NCBI GenBank assembly: GCA_951406725.2
Contig: OX597816.1
Span: 130,448,001 to 130,512,000, forward strand
From: Octopus vulgaris
Lineage: Eukaryota
DNA length: 64,000 bases
Direction of reading: 5' to 3'
Under the pieces are notes generated by a model. The model was not told where the DNA came from. It searched no databases and saw only the letters and a list, made by a program, of their open reading frames with translations. Position 1 is the stretch's first letter; every line of letters starts with the position of its first letter. Positions 42,761-54,846 of the stretch are shown here, piece after piece. The position numbers were made by a program, and so were the translations under genes.

Positions 42761-43313
42761 AAGCCCTGATGCAGTACTAGGCAGTGGCTCTCGTGGCTTC
42801 TGATCTTAACTGATTGGAAGTGTTGTACATTGTTTTCTCTTGGTATAAAAGATGGGCTACAGCAAATATTCTGCTAAATACCACAGATTTGCTTGTCAGT
42901 TGTTTGACCTTAATCAGTTGACCATGTCCCTTAGTGGCTGACGATATGTGCATCTCTGATCATGAGCAGAAGTAGTGGGGGAGCATCATAGCCATGTGCT
43001 GAGAGGGATTCTTTGAGGTTTGGATAATTCGCCTTTTGAAACATGGGTGTTTCGTTCAACATCCTTAAACAATCCTTATTCAAGGACCTTTTGAGCCGTA
43101 TGGGTTACTCGATCAGAAGAAAATTCTAACTGGGCCCCACCTGCAAGGTCATGCGCTGTTTATCTTGATATGAGATCACCATGTCGCGCACATATGGTTG
43201 AGATGCATGTTCCTGGTGTACCCTTATCAGACGGGTAGTCATGATGGGTATACTGGGCATCGTATATTATTTTATCCCAGTGTCACTTTGGTGGCATGCA
43301 CTACTCTCTCACC
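42761..43313. repeat. Unclassified ~550-bp element embedded in (AAT)n
   Basis: GC-richer block with sharp (AAT)n boundaries on both sides; no recognisable ORF. Confidence 0.4.
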
Positions 43314-43314
43314 C

Positions 43315-43372
<58 letters not shown>

Positions 43373-43385
43373 TTAATAATAATAA

Positions 43386-43540
43386 CTAGCTGGACCCGTA
43401 AAAACTTCACGGAAAATATAAAAAATGCATGCATCTGTAATTTGTGTGCTGGTACCATGAGAAATGTTTCTATATCGTGACATTTACAGAATATAGAAGG
43501 AAGTATAAAACTGATAACTATATAATCCAACCAAAATATC
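43386..43540 (-). mobile_element. Helitron 3' end fragment
   Basis: a|ctag followed by hairpin ccgtaaaaacttcacgg. Confidence 0.45.
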
Positions 43541-43651
43541 TCAGTTACGCAAACTGAAACCGAATTACTATTTAGTTTTAAAGTACATCATACATATTCT
43601 ATGAATCTTCTTGGTTTAGTGGTACGGAACGTTCTTCCGGTATTGTTTTAT

Positions 43652-43930
43652 TTTTTTACTTGTTTCAGTCATTTAACTGTGGCCATGCTGGAGCACCGCT
43701 GTTTAGTCGAAGAAATCAGCCCCTGGACTTATTCCCTGTAAGCCTGGTGTTTTTTCTATCAGTGTCTTCTGCCGAACCGCTAAGTTACGGACACGCAAAT
43801 ACACCAAAATTGGTGGTGGGGGACAAACACAAACACACGCACACACATAACGGGCTTCTTTCAGTTTCCGTCTACCAAATCCACTCACGAGGCTTTGGTC
43901 GGCCGAGGCTATTGTTGGAGACATTCTATA
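43652..43930 (-). mobile_element. SINE family A, 5'-truncated
   Basis: Homology to family A. Confidence 0.8.
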
Positions 43931-44435
43931 AAGTATAGAATTGAATTTCGTGTAGCCACCCGTTGGCAACTTTTCTCCCTCACCCATTTTGTAGGGGATA
44001 TTGTCCATTTTTCTGGGCTTTTTTCATAGCTATACCCTGTTCGAAATTCGCATTAGTTTTTATATGAAAAAAAGAAAAAATGAAAGGCCAAGGGCTTGTT
44101 TGTAGTATGTAGAGAAAACGTTAAACGTGCCTGAAAAAGAAAATATGGTCTGTCTCCCCAACTAAAAGACATGAAGACCTATCAAACAAGGCGAATAGGT
44201 ACTGGGGGTGGGGGAAAGAAGGGAGAACTAACACTCGATCTTTCTAGAACTCCCACAATGAAAACCCAAACACCTGAAAGACTTTTCCTCTATTCATTAC
44301 TAAATCTCTTTCCCCTCTTCTTCATTGTTAAAAGTAAAGATCGATCGTATTTCAGTCTAATTGTCATTTCAAATGACTGAGGTTTTCCTTTCCCTGTCTC
44401 TATCGTTTCACTCCTTTTCTCTATGGTTAAGAGAG

Positions 44436-44735
44436 TGAAGGTACGTGGTTAGGGGTATTCGGCACACGGGTATGATTCCTTGTGGTGCGCTGTGTTCTTG
44501 AGCAATGCACTCTACTTCACCTTGCTGCAGTCCACTCAGCTGGTAGAAATGAGCTATAGCTGTAATTCAAAGGGGCCAGCCTTGACACATTCTGTGTGAG
44601 GCTGAATCTCCCTGAGAACTACCTTATGATATGCATGTCTGTGGAGTACTCAGTCACTTGTGCGTTAATTTTACGCGCAGACTGTTTCGTTGATTAAATA
44701 AACAAGGATCTCGTCGTCATAACTGACGGTGTGCC
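44436..44735 (+). mobile_element. SINE family C
   Basis: gaaggtacgtgg head, gtgttcttgagcaa core, cagtccactcagctgg body. Confidence 0.8.
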
Positions 44736-45009
44736 ATTTTTTAAAAAGAGTGAAAGGAAAGGAAATATTCCATAGCGTAAGGCAAAAATGTCATGTGTTT
44801 AGTATAAGCAGTGAAAGCTAAGACGAAATAATTGCTATTCCGTCGTGTAGGGACTTCGCCCTCGACTCACTCTCAGTTTGTTAACAACAGCCTGTGCAGC
44901 AGTATTTATCTGGGTGTTGGCCTCCAGATCTGTAAGACCCACAAATGCCGTTGTTAGGACCGGGTTAACACCCATAGTCACCTAAACGATTAAAAATATT
45001 TTCCTCCAA

Positions 45010-45480
45010 CTCACAGGTCTACACTTGGAGCAGTGCCATCCATCCACTCTTGCCATTTTTGCAACTTTCATCCACCTTTTCATAAATTCACTCGAGGACA
45101 ACACTTCTCTCTTCACCCTCACTTTCCTTTCTCAAGTGAAACTTGAAAAACTCGATGAGGGCTTTACCAAAGAGGAATGTCTTTGTCCTCATTCCTTTCA
45201 GCCTCATCCACCATACAACCTCTTTCGCCACATACACCAGACAAAGGAAAACTGCCTTGCCTGCCCAACTAAAGGAGGACGGTGGGACAACCATCACGCG
45301 ACAGTAGCTCTTTGATATAACTCCACAAGTCAGCAATGCTCGGACACTGAACGAGTGCATGTAGAATGGTTTCATCTCTCTGCGTGCACCTCGGACAAAC
45401 CCATTTGACAGCACATTCGTGCCTGTAGAGTTTATCTTGGCCAAAATCTTAAATTCTGTTTAGTAGAGTTATGGGCCGAA
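45010..45480 (-). mobile_element. L1/Tx1-clade LINE ORF2 C-terminal fragment
   Basis: GKAVFLCLVYVAKEVVWWMRLKGMRTKTFLFGKALIEFFKFHLRK, homologous to 12069-12336. Confidence 0.7.
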
Positions 45481-46299
45481 AATTCCCTAACATGTTCCCA
45501 TTGTCGACGTTCTTTCTCAGCAACGTTACCACACCCCAGCAAACAGCACTTTGAATTCTCCCGTTTTGCTGTCAGTTATGGTAGATGTCTGCCAAAAGGC
45601 TGCCAAATAAATCTGGCATGAATATCTAGAATTCATAGGACAGACCAGGTAAATTATATCCTATGTTATATATGTGTGTGTGTGCGTGTTTTGTGTGTGT
45701 TGTGTGTGTGTGTGTGTTGGAGAATGTTTATGTGTGTAGAGGATGCTCGGGAAACCCGGGAGAGGAAGAAAACAGACAAGTAAGCTAATGTGAAATGCAA
45801 ATGATACTGTCGCATAAAATAAAAATAAAAGCAAACTATTTTTACTCTATAATTAATCGTTCGAAGTAGCCGGTCGGGAAAAGTCAATTTTAGTGGACAG
45901 AGTGGTTAGTGGTGTTGGTGGTGGTAATAGTACTGTTTATGGTGATAGTATTGACAGTGATCGTAGTCTGTTTTGGTGGCTGTGGTGAGTTCGTGGTCCT
46001 GTTGTTTGTTGTTATTGACAGTGATATTTACGGTGATGGTGTTGGTGGTCTGTCGTTGTTATTGTTAGTGTTATTCACTCTATGTAGACCTGTAATAAAA
46101 GACATTCCAGCCATGGCCATTATGCTTTTTTAGCAACATGTATTCTGCCCATATATAAAAGAGCAATGTGTAAATTTATGGGGAGCTAGTTGCTATTTCT
46201 AGCTGGTCGAACGACTGTGTAGAGGAACTCTAGTATGTGGTTGTCGTTGTTGTTATTGTTGTTGGGTGGTGGTAGTGGTTAGTGAGTTCGTAAAGGAAA

Positions 46300-47620
46300 T
46301 ATGGATTTGTCAGCACAACTTGACCAACCCTAAGGAACTGTCTTTCACACATGCTGATGGAAACAGAAAGATGCTTGAAGTGAAATGGCATATCGGATGG
46401 GATGCCGAGAATACGTAGAATGAAAACATCTCCCTTGGTACAGCAAGATAATGGTGATTCCGGTCACATGGAGAATAGGAATTTTGACTGCTAGTCTTGT
46501 ACCGTTACGGAGTAATTTGTGCATCCAAATTTCATAGTAACATACAGCGCGTTCCTACTTTCAGGCGATACACGAATGGACTCAAGAGAATTGAGAAACT
46601 CTATAGGATATTTAACAGCATTGTTAACATTAACTATTGTGTGAACTGAATTGTACCATTTGGATTGGGTTCGTGCCTGTTGAATGATGATGGTATTAAT
46701 ATCCTGTGTAATGTCATTTTTGGGAGTCTGAGTGGGTAAGTCCATAAAGCCACAAATGCTTTCTATAATTCTTCAAGAGGTTATGGGTAAACCTGAAGAG
46801 CATTTCTTGAGTGGATGATTATTTTAAATATTTTGACATCTTCACTTGCAATGTCACTTGGTAGCTGACCATTGCTTTCAGATGAAATAAATCTCTTACA
46901 AATCAGGCTGCCGAGATATCTCTATTAGGTACAATTCTCATGGTGGTAGAAAGATGAAATTTTCCCTTTCGTCTTCAAATATGAAATTCTTTAAAGTATT
47001 CTCTTTCATCAGCAAATGTACTCTAGGATGAGTGACCAAATTTGTGTGAAATAACCGGAGAGTAAAGACTGACTCCAGCCTTGATGTAAATGTTATCTCT
47101 CAAATATTGTAAGGTGCCAGTTTGTGAGATATTACGTATGTATCTCATAGTTTCAGAACCTCTGTCTGTTCAGGCCTTTTTTCAGTATTGTATACAAGAT
47201 TGTTGATACTTGCACGGTTGAGTAGTAAATTGAAAAGCAGAATGAATAATCCTACCACATGTAGCCACTGCAATAGCAATCTTCTTGAATGAACAGATTT
47301 TAGCAAACCTAGGTTGATCAAAAAAATATTTTTCCTGTTCCTTCAGAAGCACCAAGGAAAATTATTCCACTCAAGTTAAATGTTATAAATTGTTAAATCC
47401 TTAGATAAACTTATCCCATCTGGAAGCAATTTTGAAGTATATATTTGTCAACTAAGAGTTTCAACACCAGCTCGTGCTGCAGTCAGACGTTCACACGGTT
47501 CAAAATTCTTAACAGCCATGGACAGCACTGTATTTTCAATGAAGATTAATGCTCGGTTGTGCATGACATAGGTAAACTCTAGTTGTGAGTGTTCTACGGA
47601 CAAATCAAGCAAATATTTTG
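46300..47620 (-). mobile_element. Decayed Helitron PIF1-like helicase region
   Basis: FLGASEGTGK (Walker A remnant), IAVATCGRIIHSAF, VKYPIEFLNSLES. Confidence 0.7.
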
Positions 47621-47631
47621 AGGTCCTGGAA

Positions 47632-47680
<49 letters not shown>

Positions 47681-47982
47681 GTGAGTATGTGCGCGCGCAC
47701 TTGTGTACGCACACACACTTGAAAAATGTTTAGATATGTATAAAAACAGCGGACATTAACTGAATTAAGGAGATTTCATATAAATATAGAGTCTGCTATT
47801 TTACAAAATTTTATTGACTGGCATATTGACTGTGAGTTTCGCTGGCTGCATGGCTTGTTTTTAGTTTGAATAAGCTACATCCAGTGAAAATATATACATA
47901 CACATTTGTGTGTGTGTATGTGTTTACATAAGTATATACGAATATGTGTGTACGCACACACATACGCGCACACACACACACA

Positions 47983-48035
<53 letters not shown>

Positions 48036-48179
48036 ACACACACACATATATATATACATACATACTTATATGTGTATGTGTGTGTGTGTGTATATATATA
48101 TATATGTAGAAAGAGAGAGAGAGGGAGAGAAAGAGAGAGAGAGAGAGTCAGTGGATCATATCGCCAAAAAAGAATCTCA

Positions 48180-48367
48180 CTTAAAAGTTAGAGCAGTAAT
48201 GTATTTACAGGGGGTTAATTATATGCCCAATCATAGACTGACCAAAGGTTTCGCAACCATAAAGCGCTTAGCCTTATAAACAACTCGTCAGACTCCAATG
48301 GCCGCGTGCCATTGCGAAACCATTGGTCACTCTATAACCGGCCTTATGATCAACTTCCTGTAAATAA
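48180..48367. mobile_element. Head-to-head pair of homologous HHR-bearing repeats (family P3)
   Basis: gcgaaacc.ttggtca.tctat.a..gg...tat.at.aac..cctgtaaata present on both strands (48202-48254 minus, 48314-48366 plus). Confidence 0.7.
48234..48297 (-). ncRNA. Type I hammerhead ribozyme with intact catalytic core
   Basis: Minus strand tggagt-CTGACGA-g...c-GAAA-cc-ttt-gg-TC-agtcta; GUC cleavage triplet; extended stem II ttataaggc/gctttatgg; one mismatch in stem I. Confidence 0.75.
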
Positions 48368-49225
48368 AAAATATATATGTATATGTGTATGTATATATAT
48401 GTGTGTGTGTATATATATGCATGTATATATATGCATACATATCTATGCATATACATATATATATATATATATATATGCATACATATATATGCATATATGT
48501 ATATGTGAATAATATATATATATGTATATAAATATATATATATATTTATATATCAATCTATATCTACATAAATGTATGTATATATATGCTTTATATGAAT
48601 CTATATATGTATACATGTTCGTATATATGTATGCATCTTCATATGTACGTCTGCACGTACGTATACATTTACGTACGTATGTATGCATGTATATTCGTAT
48701 GTTTGAACGAACATCGTTTCCTGTTTGACAAATCTGTATTAGCGCCATCCTAATGTTTGATCACAAATTAAGTACACAACATACATACCTTGGACCGTTT
48801 TATTTTCATGTCGGCCCAAGACACAACTATATTTTCTCTCAGTGTCTTTGTCGGCATTTTACACCTCCAGCTATGATCGCATGTCATTAAATGTAATAAT
48901 AGTCGTGGCTGTGACGATGGTGGTGATGACGAGTGCCGTGATTGTTGTAGTGGTGGTCGTCAGTGGTGGATTTTGTGCTGGCGGTTTTAGTGTTGGTGCT
49001 TGTTGAAGTGGTGTTTTTGATGTTGGTGGTGATTGTAATGAATGGTAGTTGCGAGGATGGTTGTGGTTATTGCGGAAGAGGTTGTTGTGGTGGTAGTGAC
49101 GTGGTTGAGGTGATAGTAGCTGTCATGGTTGAGGCGAAGATGATGGCTGCACTGGTAGTGTCTGTATGAACTGCAGTCATTGTTGAAGCGCCGTTTGTGA
49201 GGTGATGTGTTTGGTGGTGGAAATA

Positions 49226-49646
49226 GGCGGCGAGCTGGCAGAAACGTTAGCACGCCGGGCGAAATGCTTTGCGGTATTTCGTCTGCCGTTACGTTGTGAG
49301 TTCAAATTCCGCCGAGGTCGACTTTGCCTTTCATCCTTTCGGGGTCGATACATTAAGTACCAGTTACGAACTGGGGTCGATGTAATCGACTTAATACCTA
49401 TGTCTGTCCTTGTTTGTCCCCTCTGTGTTTAGCCCCTTGTGGGTAATAAAGAAATAGAAATAGGTATTTCGCCCGTCGCTACGTTCTGAGTTCAAATTCC
49501 GCCGTGGTCGACTTTGCCTTTCATCCTTTCGGGGTCGATAAATTAAGTACCAGTTACGCACAGAGGTCAATGTAATCGACTTAATCCGTTTGTCTGTCCT
49601 TGTTTGTCCTCTCTGTGTTTAGCCCCTTGTGGGTAGTAAAGAAATA
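49226..49646 (+). mobile_element. SINE family B dimer with ~10-bp TSD
   Basis: Full head ggcggcgagctggcagaaacgttagc; junction gaaataggtatttc at ~49457-49470; TSD ggtggaaata / ggtgcaaata. Confidence 0.88.
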
Positions 49647-49999
49647 GGTGCAAATAGTTCTGTTGTAGCTATATATCTTTTATCCTTTATTGGTTTCAGT
49701 CATTGGACTGCGGCCATGCTGGGGCACCACCTTGAAAGATTTTAAACGAACCAATCGACTCCAGTTCTTAATTTTATTTTTTAAGTCTGGTACTTATTTT
49801 ATCGGTCTGTTTTGCGAAATCGCTAAGTTACGGGGACGTAAACATACCAAAACCGGTTGTCATTCGGTGGTTGTTGGCAAATACAGACACAAAGACACAT
49901 TGGCAAGTGTCTTCTACAATATCCTCGGGCCGACCAAAGCCTTGAGAGTGGATTGATGAACAGAAACTTAAAGAAGCACGTCGTGTATAAGTATATAAA

Positions 50000-50842
50000 C
50001 GTAGTTATCATTAAGTATCCGGACTGTTGCCATAATAACGAAGCTAAACCACGCAGAGTGAAGCCACTCGATACAGGTTCACCTTGAACTTTGCAGTGCA
50101 TGCACACTAAGTTTTAGCGTCCTAGCTCACTTACGCTGTGTACAGCAGTGTTTGGATGGAAGGTAGGTAGCGTGTGATCGTCGCATTGAACATGACAAAA
50201 TTGACCAGAGAATCTGCATCAAATTTTGCCAAAAGCTTGGCGATATTTGCTCAGAGTCCTACGCAAAGTTTTCAAAAAGTTTTCATCGTTCTCGGCACAA
50301 CCAAGGAGATCTTGTGCAACTGAAACCCAAGTGTCTTCTTGGTCAGCTGAAAGCAGTTTTGGCATAAACTTGTCAGCCATGCGTCTCATACGCAAATCTT
50401 CGGTGATTAAGGACTGAACTGAACCGTCACTAATCTGCACATACTCTGATAACTCAGAGATGGTGATCCGACGATTTCTCCTCACAGCTGCAAGTACATC
50501 TGCGATGTTTTTCCCAGTTCTGCTGGTTGCATGTCTTCCAGAACGTTCGTCAATATTGACATTTTTTTGGCTATCTTGGAAACATTTGAACCACTCGTAC
50601 ACTTGTGTGCGGCTCATACATTCTTCTCCATACACTTTCTGCAACTTTGTGTAGGCCTCTGAGCAGGTATTACCATGACGACTTTCTCTGTTATGGTCAA
50701 TGCGACGATCACACACTACACACTTTCCTACCAAGTGCTGCTGTAAACAACGGAAGTAAGCTAGAACGTTAAAACTTAGTGCGTATGCCAAGCAGCTTCA
50801 CTTTGCGTGCTTTAGCTTCGTTACTATGGCAACAGTCCGGAT
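50000..50842 (-). mobile_element. Mariner derivative with two inverted 5' ends, nested in a family A SINE
   Basis: ORF 50219-50791 carries the mariner HTH region (MSRTQVYEWFKCF...ERSGR...RRITI.EL...KFMPKLLS); arms 50017-50270 and 50643-50842 are inverted homologues; SINE A halves at 49900-49990 and 50855-51080. Confidence 0.85.
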
Positions 50843-51090
50843 CATGCCTTTTCGTGTGTGTGTCTTTGTGCTTGTATTTGTCCTCCCCCCATCGCTTGAC
50901 AACCAATGTTGGTGTGTTTACGACCCCATAACTTAGCGGTTCGGCCAAAGTGACCGATAGAGTAAGTACTAGGTTTACAAAGAATAAGTCCTGGGGTCGA
51001 TTTCTCCGACTGAAAAACCTTTAAGGTGGTCCTCCAGTCTGACCGCAGTCAAATGACTGAAACAAGTAAAATAATAAAAGAATATATACA

Positions 51091-52006
51091 CAAGGAGAGT
51101 CAAAAATTATATGCACTCTTGTTTTTTCAATGTATTTACACAAAAGCAGGGAATAAATAAGTACTTCATTTTTCTATATAGTCTCCTTCCTTTTCGATGT
51201 ACTTGGTCCAGCGGTTCACAAGCTTGTGTATTCCCTCCAATAAGGTTTTCGGTTAATCGTGCAACCATTTATGCACCGCTTCCTTCACATCTTCATCCGT
51301 AGGTAATCGATGACCTCGTAAACCATTTTTGAGCGGTCCAAAGATATGATAGTCGGAAGAGGCGAGATCTGGACTGTAGGCAGGGTGTTTCAGCGCCTCA
51401 AAACCCAATTGGCTAATGATTTCAACGGTCTGGGCGGCCGTGTGTGGGCCTGCATTGTCATGCAATAAGAAAACTTTCTTCGGCCATAGGCTTCGGCGTT
51501 TGGCTTCAGTTTGTTGGCCAGCAAAACTCTGTAACTTGCACCCCTTTTCCCGAGAAATCGGATCACTGCCCTTTGTTCTCCTTTGGTGCACATTACTAGT
51601 TGAGCGGCCATGCTTACACTGTAAAGCCAGAAAGAAAAATGGTGCGATCAGGCTCAAACTTCGATCACGTGACCACAATAGTGCCAACTATAAGCACGCA
51701 TGCGCAGAAAGCAGTGTGACAGTAATCCTTTTTTACTATAGACACAAAGCCTGATATTTCTACAATAGGCACAAGGGGATAGCCATTACATCAAACCCAG
51801 TACTTGACTGGTACTTAATTCATCGACCCTGAAAGGATGAAAGGCAAAGTCGACCTCAGTGGAATTCGAACTCAGAACGTAGTGACGGGCGAAATACCGC
51901 TAAGCATTCCGCCCAACGTGCTAACAATTCTGCCAGCTCACCGCCTTGGCAGTGTGACAATAATAAAGATATGGCAAAAGTGCAGATAATTTTTGACTGC
52001 TCCTCG
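51091..52006 (-). mobile_element. Internally deleted DD34D mariner with a nested SINE B (51727-51948)
   Basis: TIRs agtcaaaaattat.tgcact; LLHDNAGPH...HPAYSPDLASSDYHIF (34-residue spacing); SINE TSD gcagtgtgaca.taat at 51711-51726 and 51949-51964. Confidence 0.88.
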
Positions 52007-52047
<41 letters not shown>

Positions 52048-52965
52048 ATAGACACATACATACACATAAATATGTATACACTATCGCCCCCATATATACA
52101 AAAATGGTGACAATGAATTTTGTGGTGTGGAGAGGTGGGTGGCTCACAAGCATGGGCGTCTGCTGCTCTTCCATAAACTACTTTACCCGGACTTCAGTAT
52201 TCATTTGTCCTTTTTTTTTAATGACAGTTTGTAAATTCAGGTAGATTCAGTTATTATATCTAGCAGGTCAGGGACGACGTAGATGATCCGTCGTTCACTC
52301 TCTGTAATTTATGACAGACAAAAAAGTATGAGTAATAATTAAATAATAAAAAAAAACAGGCAATTGGTCGCTCTTAGTTTCATTTGCAATTCGTAAAAAA
52401 ATAAAATAATAAAATAAAAAGACACACCACTGTCGCATTATGACTTTCTTTTAAGAATAAAGGTAAAAACCAGTAAAATGCGAACATCTATCTCATTAAC
52501 TAAAACCCTCACTTAGCGAAGGTCAGCTCTCTTAGGGTTGCGGAGGGTAGACTCATATTATTGTTGTCCCTATAGTCACCATCGTTGTTGTTGCTCGGTA
52601 TCTCATAAAAAATAGACCACATACCCCGGTGTCGGATCAAAGAAACGTTAAATCTCACATTTAACAGTTCCTGGTATGAATTTAAAGTAAGGAGCTATCG
52701 AATTAAATCGACGTAAAAAAAGACCGAAAGAATCAAAATTGCATATTTCTGGGGGTAACAAAGTAAAAGGCTAAGTCCCTGTGTCATGCTGTTAATATGT
52801 TAGTATTTGGCTGATTTATTATATTATAATTCGTTATATTATATTTATATTTATTTATATTACAATAGTATGAGAATGCCCTCACATCGCTACAAATATT
52901 TCGGCATTTATCTTGCTGAACACGTATTACAAACACACGCACACACAGATATATACCTACATATA

Positions 52966-53031
<66 letters not shown>

Positions 53032-53126
53032 CACACACATACGTGTGTGTGCGCGTGTTTATACATGCATACGTACATACAATGTGTGTGTGTGTGTGTG
53101 AATACATACGTACATGTGTGTGAGTA

Positions 53127-53164
<38 letters not shown>

Positions 53165-53969
53165 GAGAGCCTATACTGGTAGATAGCTACTTTCCTAGTC
53201 ATAGCATTTTGCATCATTCGGTATCATTAATAGTCAAGCCATTTAAATGCCTCAATCGGCCGGAAACATAATCTTTCTTTTCTCGTTATACTCTAGTTGC
53301 CCTTCAATCACTCACTCTCTCTTTCTCTCTCTGTGTTTTCGCTTTCTCTTCTTCCTTTTCACTGTTCTACCTTGTTCCCTTTTAATTCAGTCTTTCCTTC
53401 TCTTTCCACACACGCATATATACTCACTGATACACACGTACATGATACGTTTACACACACACACGCACATACACACACATACACTGGTCAATAAACGGCT
53501 ACGTGAAAACTAAAGTTTCAGTCAAAACTAATTTTGTAAATTTCATTGTACCATATTATGGAGTCACATATCTGCTTATTCTTAAAATTCCTCGTCTCCT
53601 CAAAATTACTAGCCTTGTGCCTAATTAGAAACACGGAAAAAATGTTTTTCAGTACTTCTCTTCACTCATTACATTCTGAGTTCGAATTCCGCTTTTATTT
53701 AACATTCGTCCGTTCTAGTGTTCTCAGATTCAGTGATACAAGGGCCATCAGTTTCTGCTTCAGTTTTTCACGGATTTCTAGTTGCTCTTCATCAATGATA
53801 CTCACATAAAATTCTTTCATCTTGGACACTGCTTCTTGCCCTTGTTTTAACTGTAAGCACTGAACTTACCTGGTAGATTACGATGAATGAGTTATTAGCA
53901 TCGATTTGGTTTTGATATGTTGGTTCTTGCAATTCTAGAGTTATTTTATTTTGTATTTCTTCAATTTCG

Positions 53970-54846
53970 ACTTGCCATCACTCGAATTCGAGATAAGTTT
54001 AAAGCAGGTGAAACTGTTCAGAATCACCATAAGAAACGTTCTGGAAGACCGCAGACATCGACGAAACCCACAAAATAAGAAAGCTTACTAGAAATGTAAT
54101 GCGAGCGTTCAAGAAAATCTGTGTGGCAAGCAAGTCATGAGATAGGAATTTCAAAATCAAGGGACCACCGCATTTGAAGCACTGTCATTGGAGAAGTTAC
54201 ATTCCATTAAAAGTCCATGCTCTCATTGGAACCGCACAAAAGAATAGAGTTTTGCGAATGGCACTTGGCAAGATGTGTAGAAGATGCACACTCTCCGACA
54301 ATGACTGTTTGGGGTGATGAGGCTATATTTAAATTAAATGGCTCAATTAACCACCATGATTTCTCTGGACCTAACAATCTGTATGTTGCGGAGGAACATC
54401 ATATTAATTTACTAGGAATTACAGTGTAATGCGGTTTATCAACAGGATTAATTGTACTATTCTGTTTTGACGGCACTGTCACTGGTTTCATTTGCTTGAA
54501 CTTGCTGCGATAATCTGTCATACAAAGCATTCAAGAGGACTTTGATGTTATGGGGTGTTATTTCCAGCAGGGTGAGCACTTGCACACTACGATGGCAACG
54601 TAAGGGCCTACCTTGATGAGGTTTTGTCATACTCACCGCATTCTCCGGATCTCACACCACTAGACATGTCTTATGGGAATACTTAAACGAGAATCTACAT
54701 AAACACCGAACGAAACATTTCTTGCAGTTTGTGATTCCATCAAATTCTGTTTTGTAGATTTTATTAAATTTTGAAAATGAAATGCATTTTAATAAACGGT
54801 AATTTTATACTAATTCAATGTGTGTATACATTTTTTGGACACCCTG
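53970..54846 (+). mobile_element. Decayed Tc1/mariner element, DD41D/rosa-like
   Basis: RSGRPQT, VWGDEAIFKLNGSINHH, YFQQG, SPDLTPLD; right end ttttggacaccctg-TA. Confidence 0.7.

Noticed and set aside
46300-47620. Host PIF1 helicase gene
   Set aside because: Many stops and frameshifts, no exon structure, Helitron-type motifs
50219-50791. Domesticated SETMAR-like host gene
   Set aside because: Only the transposase N-terminus, inside inverted element ends and nested in a SINE; no SET or catalytic domain
52655-52680. Possible 6-nt microexon (aacag|ttcctg|gtatga)
   Set aside because: Weak pyrimidine tract; such motifs are expected by chance in 64 kb
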